This document shows, in pieces, positions 1 through 10,984 of a stretch of 64,000 nt of DNA; within the stretch, counting starts at the first letter, position 1; each line of letters starts with the position of its first letter. The translations under genes and the position numbers were made by a program. This DNA comes from Bacteroidales bacterium. GTDB taxonomy: Bacteria; Bacteroidota; Bacteroidia; Bacteroidales; UBA932. The notes below the pieces were generated by a model, which worked only from the letters and a program-made list of their open reading frames with translations, was not told the origin of the DNA and ran no database searches. The stretch is taken from contig JAKSJK010000001.1 in assembly GCA_024398095.1 (NCBI GenBank), positions 8,848 to 72,847 on the forward strand, in the 5' to 3' direction.

Positions 1-1613
1 CGGCGCAGGTCGAAGAACCAGCTGCCTTCAAAGCAGGTTTCAATCCTCCTCTCATTGCGAAGGAAGAGATCGAACTCCTTCTCACCCATGATGGCTATCT
101 GCTCAAGATACTTGTCATCCTGGATTCCTGGGGTTCCGTCATAGGTATTCCTGCTGCGCAGCCATGAGATGGCCTCCTTTGCGCTGAGTCCATCCACCTT
201 TCCGGTAGGACCGGCGATGTGGTTGGCAGCTTCGGCAAAGGCGAGTACCATGTGTGTCCAGCGGATGAGGAACTTGCTGTGAGGCATCTTGCTGACATTG
301 CTTTCAGACCAGTTCAAGCCTTTGTAGACAAACTTCTTTATGTAATAATTTGTCCTGACATTGCTTGAGGAAGCCTCGGCAACATCCTTGCCTCCGTTCC
401 AGCATTCGAAAGTATACGCCTTGTTGGAAGAACCGGTAGTGATAGTCAGACCATTATACATGATGTTGCTGTAGAAGCGGGGATCACGGTTTTCGTATGG
501 ATTCTGCTTATCATAGGAAACCGCAGGGGATGCTCCGAGCGGATACCCATCGGCCATTCCGAAAGCATCCACGAGGTCCTGGGTTGCGCCCATTGTACCA
601 TTTCCCTGCATGCCACCAGGGTAGAACATCTTCTCCATGGTATCCGAGCTGGAGTTGTAACGGGAGCCGAAGACGATTTCCGGACTGTTCGGGTCAAAGA
701 AATTGACAGCGGCAGTCCTGGAGAATCCGCCTGCAACCTTGCCGTCCACCTCGGACTTGAAGTCGATGACCTCCTTGGCAAACTTCGCAGCCATCTCCCA
801 ACGTGCAATATCATTGGAAGGATTGAAGCGCGGGCTTGCCCAGGTCTGGCAGACAAGAGCCTTGATGGCAACGGTAGAGATGCCGTCTATTCTTCCCCAG
901 TTGCGTGCACCAAGTACGGTAAGGTCGTCGGTATTCGACACCAGGAAATTCCTGTGAGCAACAGGAAGATACTTATAGGCGGAATCGCAGTCTGCGAGAA
1001 TCTGCTTGACGCAGTCATCGTAAGAGGCCCTCTTGAGCTCGATGTTGCGGATCTCATCCACATCCATCTTCCAGATCTTGACAGGCTCGGTCACTATAGG
1101 GAATCCGAGGAGTTCCCCATCGGTGCCTACGCCGCCGAATTTCTGGAGGAGGTCCCACTCGAACCATGCACGGAGGCCATAGGCTTCACCCCAAAGCAGG
1201 TTTACAAGGAGGGAGTCGCGGCGGGCATCCAGCATATAACGGAGATTCCTGCCGTTGCCGTCCTTGAGGAAGAGGTTGGTGTTGTAGATACCTTCGTAAT
1301 CCCTGGTCCAGTAGGTCTGGAATGGATCGTTGGTAGGAGAGGTCACACCCACAGCCAGACGCGAATAGACATCGGTACGGCTGGTCCGGACTGCATTGTC
1401 GGTCAGACAGTCCATGTAGGCACCCTCGTTGTTGTTGTAATTTGTAGATATCCATTCGTAGCACTCACCGAGCAGTCCCTGCATTGCTGTAGGGCTGGTC
1501 AAGATATAAGCCTCATCCCTGATCGCACTTGGATACGGATCGAGGAAGCCTTTGCATGAAGGAATGGCTGCGAGTACTGCCGCACATATCAGAATATTGA
1601 ATTTCTTCTTCAT
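1..1613 (-). CDS. susD: RagB/SusD family glycan-binding lipoprotein (partial, runs off left edge)
   Basis: Not in ORF track. Manual translation from ATG at 1613: MKKKFNILICAAVLAAIPSCKGFLDPYPSAIRDE...CLTDNAVR. It has a lipobox, a SusD-type N-terminus and lies 12 bp downstream of a SusC gene. Confidence 0.88.
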   Translation of the reverse strand, partial: MKKKFNILICAAVLAAIPSCKGFLDPYPSAIRDEAYILTSPTAMQGLLGECYEWISTNYNNNEGAYMDCLTDNAVRTSRTDVYSRLAVGVTSPTNDPFQTYWTRDYEGIYNTNLFLKDGNGRNLRYMLDARRDSLLVNLLWGEAYGLRAWFEWDLLQKFGGVGTDGELLGFPIVTEPVKIWKMDVDEIRNIELKRASYDDCVKQILADCDSAYKYLPVAHRNFLVSNTDDLTVLGARNWGRIDGISTVAIKALVCQTWASPRFNPSNDIARWEMAAKFAKEVIDFKSEVDGKVAGGFSRTAAVNFFDPNSPEIVFGSRYNSSSDTMEKMFYPGGMQGNGTMGATQDLVDAFGMADGYPLGASPAVSYDKQNPYENRDPRFYSNIMYNGLTITTGSSNKAYTFECWNGGKDVAEASSSNVRTNYYIKKFVYKGLNWSESNVSKMPHSKFLIRWTHMVLAFAEAANHIAGPTGKVDGLSAKEAISWLRSRNTYDGTPGIQDDKYLEQIAIMGEKEFDLFLRNERRIETCFEGSWFFDLR

Positions 1614-1625
1614 TGTCGTCTCTCT

Positions 1626-4600
1626 TTAGAAGGTGATCTTGAGGCCTCCCACGAATGTCTTCATCAGAGGGTAGTTGGTAAGTCCGGAGCTTAAAGCCTC
1701 TGGATCGAGATCCTTGATCTTGGAAAGGGTCAGCAGGTTGTTGCCGCGGACGAACACTCTGGCGCCGCGTACCACGCCCATATGCATCTTTGCAACAGGA
1801 AGCGAGTAGCCGAGTTCGACACTCTGAATCTTGAAGAAGGATCCATCCACGAGCCAGCGGTCAGACAGCTTGTAGTTGTTGTTGACCTTATTGTAGGTCA
1901 GGCGGGCTGCTGTCGGATCAGATACATGCTGGAGGGTATAGAGTGAATAATTCGAATCACCCCAGCCATTCCAGTAATATGCATTGGTGAGCTGTGCATC
2001 GTAAAAAGCACGTCCGGTAGCAGAAACTGCAAAGTCGAAGCCCTTGAAAGCGAAGTTAAGGTTCAGACCGAATGTAAGCTTCGGGGTTGTGTCACCGATC
2101 ACGCAGGCATCGCTGTCGTCAACGACGCCGTCACCATTCATATCCATATACTTGAAGTCACCTGCTGATAGGGATTCGTCGAAAAGCTGGCCAGAGGCAT
2201 TTGCCTCCTCTGCAGTCTCAAACTGTCCCTGATATCTGAGTCCCCAGATGGCTGTGGTGCTCTTGCCGACCTTAGTACGGTATGGCTCCGAGTAATTGAG
2301 TTCATCAATCCTGATAACCTTGGAGAAGAGGGTCGAAGCCCATCCGGAAACTCCATAGCTGAAATCACCTGCCTTGTCCTTCCAACTGAAATTAATGTCG
2401 AATCCCTGACGCTGATTGCAGTTGTAATTCATATAGAGGGAACCTGTAGAGGTACCTGGAACCAGAGGAAGTACATTCGACAGAGCCGAAAGCTGGCCAT
2501 CAAAGAAACAGTACCAGTAGCTGGCAGAGAGATCCAGGCGACGGCCGAATGCACTCAGGTCTGCACCCACGGTAGTCTCCCAACGGCGCTCGAGGCGGAG
2601 GTTAGGGTTACCGAGCATGGAAGCATAGGTCCTATTTACTGATGAGCCCTGGTCAGAACCGAACCACTGATTGGATGTGTGAGGACCGAACTTCTGGCCG
2701 CTGTTATTCCAGCTGTAATTATCCACATCGCGGTTTGCTGATGTCAGGGAATCATAGTGGAGCATACCTGCCTGAGCCCTGATCTTGAGGAAATCGAGGT
2801 TGCTGGCACCTTTGAGGAAATCCTCTTCGCTGATGATCCAGCCGAGTCCGAAGGACGGAGAGCAGGACCAGGCATTGAGGAGTGAATAGGTTCCATGGCC
2901 GTTAAGCGCAAGCTGGGCGAGATATCTGCCCTTGTATGCATAAGCAGCGTTGAAACCGAAATTCATCTCGCGTCTATGCTCGGTGATGAACTTCTGGGAA
3001 CGCTTGGTGATCATATAGTCTGCACCCAGGCTGATATCATGATCGCCGAATGTCCTGTCGTAGGAAAGTTTCTCAACTAGGTAGAAACGGCTTGAGAAGT
3101 AATCCAGAAGCTTGGTTTTCTGAGACATGGATGCCACCTTGTGGCTGCCGCTCTGCTGAGGGACGATGAGCTTGTTTCCCTCAATGTCCGTAGCTGTAGT
3201 GATGATGTAGGCCGCATAATCTTCAGCAGTTCCGAGACGCACGAGGTTTGTAGCATCGTAGGCCCCGTATGTATATGACCTGAGGCCAGGGGTAAGGAAT
3301 GAGAAGTCCACATCGATGCCCACATTGAAGAGAGCCTTGCGCATAGTCTCGCTGTATGAGCCGTTCTCAAGTATGTTTGCAATAGGATTCTGCGTATACT
3401 GTGAGGATACTGCGTAGAGAGGGAACTCCAGTTCCGGAGAGTTATCCGCATAGATCGGGAAGGCCAGCTGAGGGATGGTCGTGATATGTCCGATTACCTC
3501 TGGGAATTCGGCAATACCGAGGGTGGTGTTGGACGAGGCGTCCTCGCTGCTGTAGTTGGCACTGTAGCCATAGTTCGCAGAACGGCGTATGCCCAGTGAA
3601 GACAGCACCCCGAAATCGACCTTGATGAAACGGCTGAGCTTGAGATCTATCTTGCCGTTGAGATTGATATTGTTGTAATCTGCCTTTGGACCGATGCGGT
3701 AGATGTCGTCCTGGCCGTTGTAACCGAGGAAAACCTGATAGCGGACGAGATCGTTGCCGCCTGCAGAAGAAACGCTTGCACGGTTGTAATACATCACGTT
3801 CTTGAGCATCATCTGCGCAAAGTCAACGGACGGATGCAGTTTGTCGTCCGGGTCATTGTTGGAGTAGGCCAGCACATCCTCAGCCGTATAGATAGGATTG
3901 AGACCGCTGTTTGCACGCGCAACATTGTTCAGACGGGCATATGTCTTGGCATTGACGAACTGAGGCATCCTGTCGGTCACGTTCACGCCGCCCTCGTATG
4001 AAACGTCGAGATAGCGTTCGTTGTAGGCTCCCCTCTTGGTACGTATATATACTATGCCTTCTGCAGCAGTCGGGCCGTAAAGTGTCTTGTCCAGCACATC
4101 ACGGACGATGGTAACTGACTCGATCTGCTCAGGAGAAAGTGGAGTCTCGTCAATGTTTACAGGGACATCGTCCACCATATACATCATCTGACGGCCTCGT
4201 GAAGTCACGGAAACCGCAGTTGCAGCTCCATACTGTCCGGTGTGCTCGAGCGGAGACATGCCAACCTGACCGAAATGTTCCACGACGTCAACTCCAGGGA
4301 GGACTGCGGTAAGGGCATTCCTGATGTCGGAAGAAGAATAGCGGGCCAGATCTTCACCCTTGATGGTGATGGTGGAACCAAGCCCGAAACGCCTCTTGGT
4401 CACAGAATATGGGAGATACACATTGTCGGATTCACCGGCAAAGAGGACATCCGGAACGAGTACGACGGTGTCGGAATCCACAAGTACCACAGACGGAACG
4501 GTAGCAGTTGTGAATCCGTCCTTGGATACGGTGATGAGGTCCCTTGAGGAGCAGGTGAAGGCAATCATGCCATTTGCGTCCGCACGGAGATGTGATACAC

Positions 4601-4763
4601 CCTCACCTACCGTAACTTCTGCAAACGGGATTGACTCCCCTTTGTCATTGACCACGGTCAGACTCACCTCCAGAGAAGTCATGTTCTTCTGGGCAAAGCC
4701 AGCCGTAGTGGCGGTAATGATGAGCGCGAGGCTCATCGCAATTGTTCTGAGTATCGCTTTCAT
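1626..4763 (-). CDS. susC: SusC/RagA TonB-dependent transporter (divergent second member of a tandem pair)
   Basis: 1045 aa with signal peptide, plug-like YGPTAAEGIVYIRTKRG, GNPNLRLE, GDFKYMDMNGDGVVD and C-terminal ...GLKITF; followed by SusD. Confidence 0.9.
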   Translation of the reverse strand: MKAILRTIAMSLALIITATTAGFAQKNMTSLEVSLTVVNDKGESIPFAEVTVGEGVSHLRADANGMIAFTCSSRDLITVSKDGFTTATVPSVVLVDSDTVVLVPDVLFAGESDNVYLPYSVTKRRFGLGSTITIKGEDLARYSSSDIRNALTAVLPGVDVVEHFGQVGMSPLEHTGQYGAATAVSVTSRGRQMMYMVDDVPVNIDETPLSPEQIESVTIVRDVLDKTLYGPTAAEGIVYIRTKRGAYNERYLDVSYEGGVNVTDRMPQFVNAKTYARLNNVARANSGLNPIYTAEDVLAYSNNDPDDKLHPSVDFAQMMLKNVMYYNRASVSSAGGNDLVRYQVFLGYNGQDDIYRIGPKADYNNINLNGKIDLKLSRFIKVDFGVLSSLGIRRSANYGYSANYSSEDASSNTTLGIAEFPEVIGHITTIPQLAFPIYADNSPELEFPLYAVSSQYTQNPIANILENGSYSETMRKALFNVGIDVDFSFLTPGLRSYTYGAYDATNLVRLGTAEDYAAYIITTATDIEGNKLIVPQQSGSHKVASMSQKTKLLDYFSSRFYLVEKLSYDRTFGDHDISLGADYMITKRSQKFITEHRREMNFGFNAAYAYKGRYLAQLALNGHGTYSLLNAWSCSPSFGLGWIISEEDFLKGASNLDFLKIRAQAGMLHYDSLTSANRDVDNYSWNNSGQKFGPHTSNQWFGSDQGSSVNRTYASMLGNPNLRLERRWETTVGADLSAFGRRLDLSASYWYCFFDGQLSALSNVLPLVPGTSTGSLYMNYNCNQRQGFDINFSWKDKAGDFSYGVSGWASTLFSKVIRIDELNYSEPYRTKVGKSTTAIWGLRYQGQFETAEEANASGQLFDESLSAGDFKYMDMNGDGVVDDSDACVIGDTTPKLTFGLNLNFAFKGFDFAVSATGRAFYDAQLTNAYYWNGWGDSNYSLYTLQHVSDPTAARLTYNKVNNNYKLSDRWLVDGSFFKIQSVELGYSLPVAKMHMGVVRGARVFVRGNNLLTLSKIKDLDPEALSSGLTNYPLMKTFVGGLKITF

Positions 4764-4764
4764 A

Positions 4765-6633
4765 TTACCAAGGAATCTGTACTGAATAATTCTTCATTTT
4801 GAGAAGGTCGCTGTTCTGGAACTGGAAGTAGTACATTCCATCGTTCTTCCACGCAATCTGTCTGTTAGACGGCAGGGCAAACCTCTCGTATCTGTAACCG
4901 GTAGGATACTCTGCCGAAGCACCAGCGGAGAGTTTGGTGACACGAAGGCCGTAGAGAGTAGAACGTCCTACCTGAGGAGCGTCCTTCCATCTGCGGATGT
5001 CGCAGTACCAGTGATAGCCCTCGAAACAGAGTTCCACTGCCCTTTCATTCTTTACGCGGTCACGGAATAAATCCGCAGAAGCGGTGTAGACGTCGCGGAC
5101 GGCAGGCATACCGGCCCTGGACCTGACAGCATTCACAGCTTCAACTGCAGTCAGAGTAGCCTCCGGAGCCTTGCCCTGAGGGCCATAAGCTTCATTAGCG
5201 GCCTCTGCGTAGTTGAGGTAAACCTCAGCGAGGCGGATGATAGGGTCGCTGAGTATGAGATTCTGGTTACCCTTGTTGGAAAGGTTACCGGTACGTTTGT
5301 TCTCGTAATAGAAAGTCTCTGAAACACCATCCGTACTACCGGACTTCTTTGCAAGAAGTGACCCGGAAGGAAGGTTACCGCTCTCGTCCACGTAGAGAGA
5401 TGCGGCTCCATAGCCCTGTATGTCGCGGCCATTGAAAATGATGACCTTGTAGAAGCGGGGATCCCTCTTCACGGCTCCTGAAGCCTGGCCGAATGGGTCC
5501 TGCTCATTGTACTGGCCGGCAGCAACAGCCTCGGCGCGATCAGCTTCGGTATTGAGCGCATATCCACCTTCGGTCTCGAAGCGGTCCACGAAATTCTGGG
5601 TAGGACACTGCGCGGAGCTGTATGCATCGGCAGTAAACGGATAGCCGATAAAGGCCTGCACATAAGGCGACTTGTAATTGGTCGTACTGCCTGTGCTGTA
5701 GCCCCAGAGCTGCTCGTTGGTACACTTTGAACCGTAGAAGTTGTTGGTGTACTGGGCAAAGTCAAGGAGCTTGTAACCGTTCGTCAGTGCCACATCGAGG
5801 GCACGGGCATTGGCCTTGGCAGCCTCTTCCCAGAGAGACTTGTCACCACTCTCATTGTTAAGAGGGCTGGCGGCATAGAGAAGTGCACGGCCCTTCATGG
5901 CGAGCGCGGTCACACCGTTCGGCTTGTCCTGGTCAGGATCAGCCAGGTTGCCCGCACCGCTTGCAGGATCTCTGCGGACCTTTCCAGCCTTAACGTAATA
6001 CTCATAGGCAGTCTCAAAATCCTCGGCACACTTGGTGAGGAAATCCACAGGAGACTCTGCAGGGAGATCCCACTCGTCGTCAGGACCGAGAGCCCTGTCG
6101 AGATAAGGGAAGGAACCATAGAGACGGAAAAGTTCGAGGTGGCAGTAAGCCCTGACGAAGTAAGCCTGGGCAACCAGATCGTTCTTTTCGGATTCTGATG
6201 CATCCTGAAGCATGTCGATCTTCTGCAGCGCGATGTTGCAGACACGGATCGACTTCATGGTATTTGGAACCTTGGCCACGTTTGGCGCATTTGCATCACC
6301 GGTATTGTATCCCACAGCCCAGGTAGACTGAGCGCCATCGCCCTGTTTCACAGGCTGGCAGCGCTGGATACGTGACATATCGCACATATCGGTGAGACCC
6401 TCGAGAGTGAACTTCTGGTTGTTTCCGTGGAACACGAGAGGATAGTGGCACCTGATATTGAAGCCGGAGCCGTTATATACCGAATAGAAATACTGCTTGA
6501 AATTAGCATACTTGGAGAATACCTCCTGCTCGTTCAGGCCCGCATCCGGAGCTCTGTCGAGGTAATGGCACGAAACGCCGCATATGGCCATCATGCCGAT
6601 CAGGATAAGTCTGTATATCTGTTTCATACCCAT
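4765..6633 (-). CDS. susD: RagB/SusD family lipoprotein
   Basis: Start moved to MGMKQIY (ATG 6633), giving lipobox GVSC. SusD motifs: AQAYFVRAY, RDPRF, IRLAEVYLNYAEA, ERAVELCFEG, DIRRW. Confidence 0.92.
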   Translation of the reverse strand: MGMKQIYRLILIGMMAICGVSCHYLDRAPDAGLNEQEVFSKYANFKQYFYSVYNGSGFNIRCHYPLVFHGNNQKFTLEGLTDMCDMSRIQRCQPVKQGDGAQSTWAVGYNTGDANAPNVAKVPNTMKSIRVCNIALQKIDMLQDASESEKNDLVAQAYFVRAYCHLELFRLYGSFPYLDRALGPDDEWDLPAESPVDFLTKCAEDFETAYEYYVKAGKVRRDPASGAGNLADPDQDKPNGVTALAMKGRALLYAASPLNNESGDKSLWEEAAKANARALDVALTNGYKLLDFAQYTNNFYGSKCTNEQLWGYSTGSTTNYKSPYVQAFIGYPFTADAYSSAQCPTQNFVDRFETEGGYALNTEADRAEAVAAGQYNEQDPFGQASGAVKRDPRFYKVIIFNGRDIQGYGAASLYVDESGNLPSGSLLAKKSGSTDGVSETFYYENKRTGNLSNKGNQNLILSDPIIRLAEVYLNYAEAANEAYGPQGKAPEATLTAVEAVNAVRSRAGMPAVRDVYTASADLFRDRVKNERAVELCFEGYHWYCDIRRWKDAPQVGRSTLYGLRVTKLSAGASAEYPTGYRYERFALPSNRQIAWKNDGMYYFQFQNSDLLKMKNYSVQIPW

Positions 6634-6637
6634 AATC

Positions 6638-9600
6638 TTAGAAGTGCAGCTGAAGACCAAGTTTAACAGTTCGCATCTGAGGATACTCACCCCAGACGAG
6701 GTATTTCTGCTCAGGATCACCCTCGAGCAGATCGGAGAAGGTAAGCAGGTTGTTGCCCTGGATGTAGAGCTTGATGCCCTGGACGCCCAGCATATTCTTT
6801 ACCTTGGCGGTGTTCCAGGTGTAGCCTGCGCTAAGTTCCTTCAGACGGAGATAGTCGGCCCTTCTCCAGGAGTGTCCCATCATCTTTGCATTGTAACCTC
6901 CGGTGGTTGCGCTCTCGTTATAGCCGCTCCATGACATATTCGTGAATGATGAAGCTGAATAATGGACTGCTGCATGGGTTCCGGCTGTATTGGCCGGCGA
7001 CCAGTAATTTGTTGATGAGAGGTGGGTTCTGTAATTACCCTTATAGAACTCCCATTCGTACATCTGATCAAAGTTCACATACTTGCCGGCATACCCCTGG
7101 AAGAGGATATTCACATCCAGGCCCTTCCACCTGAGGCTGCCCTTGAGGGCATAGGCAATCGGAGGATAAAGAGAACCGACCATCCTGGTGAGATCATCTT
7201 TGTCAATCATGCCGTCGGAGGTATAATCGAGGAACTTATAGTCGCCCACAACCACATCACTCACTGACACTGGAAGAAGGTTTGAATGGATATCATCAAT
7301 CGAAGTAAGATACTCGCCATCAATGAGATATGCACCGCTGGTCTGTGCGCCTATGGCAGTGCCGACGGTCTTCTGATGAGAGAGGGAATACGGAGCGTCG
7401 TCCGCATAGACAATGCGGTTCTCATTGAAAGAGAAGTTGCCGCCGACGCTGAAGCGCAGATCCTTGCCGATCTGACGGCTATAATCGAGTTCCACCTCGA
7501 TACCATGCTTCTTCACAGCACCCTTGTTGAGTTCCTTGGAAGAGTTGCCCACCCAGATAGGGGTGTTGTTGTCCACGGTAATGAGCATCTTGTCGCGGTA
7601 CTCGTTGAAGAGATCCACATTCAATGTCAAGTCGTTATCAAAAAATCCGAGTTCGACTCCGAGATCCTGCTTGAGAGCTTCCTCCCACTGTACTGTGAGG
7701 TTCGCGCTCTTGTCCTCTACGATGTAGCCATTGCTATCTTTTGAATACTCGCTGATGTAGAGCCAGCGGTTCTTCGCATAGTCGCTGCCGACAAGACCTG
7801 CGCTGTAACGGATCTTGAACTTGCTCCACCAAGGTTTGAGTGCCTTGAAGAACGGTTCCTCCGAAACAACCCAGCCAAGTGCACCTGAAGGGAAGAAGCC
7901 GAAACGGTTCTCAGGAGAGAAACGCTCAGAACCGGTATAACCCATGTTCACCTCCAGGAGATAGCGGTGAGCATAGTCATAGGTTGCACGTGCCACCAGA
8001 GCCTCATTGTAATAAGGGAAATCGGTGCCCTTGTCCTGCTCCTGTCTGTTGAAAAGGAAGAGAGCCGTCACATTGTGCTTGCCGAAAGTCCTGTCATAGT
8101 TGAGGGACAGGTCATAATAGAGGTCAAGGTAATAACCGCCCTGCAGGCTATTGTTGGCAGTAGTATAAAGAGGGTTTTCCACATAGTAGAAGCCATCGGA
8201 CCCGGTTCTGCTCCACGGATTCATGCCGGTTCCGACCTTGTTGAAATCGAGATACCAGCTGCCACGGTCATAGGTAGAACTGAGCGTATTATACATATAA
8301 TAGGTACTCAGGGAAACCTTGGCCTGAACAGAAAGTCCCTTGGTGATGAAGTCTAGCTTCTGCTTGAGGATGATGTCGGAGAAAAGTTTCAAATCGGTAT
8401 ACTGATTGAAACGTCCTCGCATGATCTGGTAGTACGGGTTACCGGTAGTCTGGTCAGCCTCGCTGAGAAGACGGTCACCGCGAGCATCCGGATAATCCAG
8501 GTCGGGAACCTCCTGAAGCACCCATGAAGGATAATACATAGGATACTTCGCACTTGAAGAACCGAAGATATACTTCCACATTCCGCTGTCACCGTCTACG
8601 GAAACAGGCTTGTTCTTCACGCCCACGCTGCCGCCGAGCTTGAATGAAACCACAGTGGAGCGGGTCACATTGAAGTCGAGGTTGGTTCGCAGGTTCACAC
8701 GGTTGTAGTTATAGTTCGAATTCACCTTGCCGTCATTGAAGCTCTTGAATATGGAACCCTCGTTCATATAGCCGACAGAAGCAAAGTACTTCACGAACTT
8801 GGTACCTCCGTGAATGTTGAAGTTGGCATTGTAGTTCTGCGCAAAGGTGTTGGTCATCTCCTTGAGCCAGTCCACGTCAGGATACTGCAGGGATGCAAGC
8901 TGGGAAGACGGGTTCCTATACTGCTCGAGTGCAGCCTGTGACACCAGCGAAGTGAACTTCTGGTCGTTCATCATGGCCGTGTTCATCAGGGACATGGTGG
9001 TGTAGGAATCCACGTGCTTGGCAGTATTGATCGGATTTGAGAGACCCGCGGAGAAGGAAAGATCCATCTTCGGTTTACCCTCGTTGCCGTTCTTGGTTGT
9101 CACGATGATTACGCCGTTTGCACCTTTGGCACCAAAGACAGCAGTTGCAGATGCGTCCTTGAGGACTGAAATGTTGGCCACCTCATTAGGGTCCACGCTC
9201 GCGAAATCACGCTCTACGCCGTCGACCAGCACAAGAGGGCTGTTTCCATTGAAACTGGAGACACCACGGATGAGGATCTCAGCATCATTCTCGCCTGGCT
9301 GACCTGAGGTCTGGATGGTCATCACGCCGGAAAGCTTACCTGCAATCGCATTGGTAATGTTGGATGTACCTGACTCGATGAGGGCATCACCCTTTACCTG
9401 GGAAATGGCACCCACCACGCTCTCCTTCTTCTGGACACCGTAACCGACGACTACCACATCCTGCAACAGGATGGTATCGTTTGAAAGGTTCACGTTGATG
9501 ACCGTCCTGCCATCCACGCTCACCTCCTGGGTAGTGTATCCCAGACTGGAGAACACAAGTACGTCTTTCGCGCCAGCAGTGATCGTGAAGGCTCCGTCGA

Positions 9601-9790
9601 GATCAGTAATTGTACCGGATGTGCTGCCCTTTATCTGGACACCCACTCCCGGAACCGGTCCCAGGTCGTCTGATACGACGCCCTTGACCGTAATTGACTG
9701 AGCCCCGGCATTGCCGACGAAGAGAAGCAGCATCGCCATAGTTACAGCGATACGCCTGCAGATCGTTAGGATCAGATTGTTGTCGTTCAT
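6638..9790 (-). CDS. susC: SusC/RagA TonB-dependent transporter
   Basis: 1050 aa; N-terminal extension, VVVGYGVQKK, LKDASATAVFGAKGANGVIIVTTK plug motif, terminal Phe. Confidence 0.96.
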   Translation of the reverse strand: MNDNNLILTICRRIAVTMAMLLLFVGNAGAQSITVKGVVSDDLGPVPGVGVQIKGSTSGTITDLDGAFTITAGAKDVLVFSSLGYTTQEVSVDGRTVINVNLSNDTILLQDVVVVGYGVQKKESVVGAISQVKGDALIESGTSNITNAIAGKLSGVMTIQTSGQPGENDAEILIRGVSSFNGNSPLVLVDGVERDFASVDPNEVANISVLKDASATAVFGAKGANGVIIVTTKNGNEGKPKMDLSFSAGLSNPINTAKHVDSYTTMSLMNTAMMNDQKFTSLVSQAALEQYRNPSSQLASLQYPDVDWLKEMTNTFAQNYNANFNIHGGTKFVKYFASVGYMNEGSIFKSFNDGKVNSNYNYNRVNLRTNLDFNVTRSTVVSFKLGGSVGVKNKPVSVDGDSGMWKYIFGSSSAKYPMYYPSWVLQEVPDLDYPDARGDRLLSEADQTTGNPYYQIMRGRFNQYTDLKLFSDIILKQKLDFITKGLSVQAKVSLSTYYMYNTLSSTYDRGSWYLDFNKVGTGMNPWSRTGSDGFYYVENPLYTTANNSLQGGYYLDLYYDLSLNYDRTFGKHNVTALFLFNRQEQDKGTDFPYYNEALVARATYDYAHRYLLEVNMGYTGSERFSPENRFGFFPSGALGWVVSEEPFFKALKPWWSKFKIRYSAGLVGSDYAKNRWLYISEYSKDSNGYIVEDKSANLTVQWEEALKQDLGVELGFFDNDLTLNVDLFNEYRDKMLITVDNNTPIWVGNSSKELNKGAVKKHGIEVELDYSRQIGKDLRFSVGGNFSFNENRIVYADDAPYSLSHQKTVGTAIGAQTSGAYLIDGEYLTSIDDIHSNLLPVSVSDVVVGDYKFLDYTSDGMIDKDDLTRMVGSLYPPIAYALKGSLRWKGLDVNILFQGYAGKYVNFDQMYEWEFYKGNYRTHLSSTNYWSPANTAGTHAAVHYSASSFTNMSWSGYNESATTGGYNAKMMGHSWRRADYLRLKELSAGYTWNTAKVKNMLGVQGIKLYIQGNNLLTFSDLLEGDPEQKYLVWGEYPQMRTVKLGLQLHF

Positions 9791-9816
9791 ATAATTGTGT
9801 ATTGTTTTAATATCTC

Positions 9817-10983
9817 TTACAAGCCTCTTGCAATCGCATGTTCCACTCCCCTGAGTTCAGCCAGAGAACGTAGACGCCCGTAGCAACTGTAACCTGGGTT
9901 GGATTTCCTGTTAAGGTCATCACACATCTGGTGTCCATGGTCAGGGCGAAGGAAGATACGGAACTGTCTCCTCTGCTCCACCTCAAGCACGGCCTTCATC
10001 ATCTCATAGACATCCACATCGCCTTCAAGGAGGTTCGCCTCGTAGAAATTGCCCTCATCGTCGCGCTTTGTGGCACGAAGATGGACAAAATCCACACGGT
10101 CGCCGAACTCACGCATCATTGCCGGAAGGTCATTGTCTGCACGGACACCGAAAGAACCGGTGCATAGATTCAGTCCATTGGCTGGAGACGGCACTGCAGC
10201 AACCAGTTTGCGGAAATCCTCCGCCGTAGAGAGGATTCTTGGCAGACCGAGAATAGGATATGGAGGATCGTCTGGATGTATGACCATACGGGAGCCAACC
10301 TCTTCGCACACAGGACATACCTGCTGGAGGAAGAAAATAAGATTGCTGCGCAGAGTCTCGGCGTCCACGCCCTTGTAACGGTCAAGTGCAGACTGGAACT
10401 GCTCCAGAGTAAAACTTTCCTCGCTGCCTGGCAACCCGGCAATCATATTCCTGGTGATGAGTGAAATCTCAGCCTCATCCATAGCCTCATAGCGTGCCTT
10501 GGCTTTTGCAATTTCCTCTGCTGAATACTCTATCTCGGCACCAGGGCGCTTAAGAATGAAGAGATCGAAAGCAAGAAAAGCCGCCCTTTCGAAACGAAGG
10601 GCCCGGCTGCCGTCCGGCATCCCGTAGGCCAGATCGGTCCTGGTCCAATCGAGTACCGGCATGAAATTATAGGTGATGCAATGGATACCACACTGGGCAA
10701 GATTGCGAATGCTCTGCTTGTAGTTTTCAATATACTCAAGGTAGCGGCCTTCTCTGGTCTTTATGTGTTCATGGACCGGGATACTCTCCACAACAGTCCA
10801 CGCCATCCCTTTGGCAGCAACCTCGGCCTTGCGTTTGAGTATCTCCTCCACGGTCCAGACCTCACCGTTTGGAATGTGGTGAAGGGCTGAAACTATATCG
10901 GTCACACCAGCCTGGCGTATATTGTCAAGTGACACCGGATCATTGGGGCCGTACCAGCGCCAGGATTGTCTCATCAGATACAT
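9817..10983 (-). CDS. uxuA: Mannonate dehydratase
   Basis: [39 protein letters not shown] and NPGYS motifs typical of UxuA. Confidence 0.97.
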   Translation of the reverse strand: MYLMRQSWRWYGPNDPVSLDNIRQAGVTDIVSALHHIPNGEVWTVEEILKRKAEVAAKGMAWTVVESIPVHEHIKTREGRYLEYIENYKQSIRNLAQCGIHCITYNFMPVLDWTRTDLAYGMPDGSRALRFERAAFLAFDLFILKRPGAEIEYSAEEIAKAKARYEAMDEAEISLITRNMIAGLPGSEESFTLEQFQSALDRYKGVDAETLRSNLIFFLQQVCPVCEEVGSRMVIHPDDPPYPILGLPRILSTAEDFRKLVAAVPSPANGLNLCTGSFGVRADNDLPAMMREFGDRVDFVHLRATKRDDEGNFYEANLLEGDVDVYEMMKAVLEVEQRRQFRIFLRPDHGHQMCDDLNRKSNPGYSCYGRLRSLAELRGVEHAIARGL

Positions 10984-10984
10984 A

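Noticed and set aside
954-1559. 201-aa plus-strand ORF and small ORFs in 95..1464
   Set aside because: They overlap the partial minus-strand SusD, which the ORF track missed because its stop lies outside the window.
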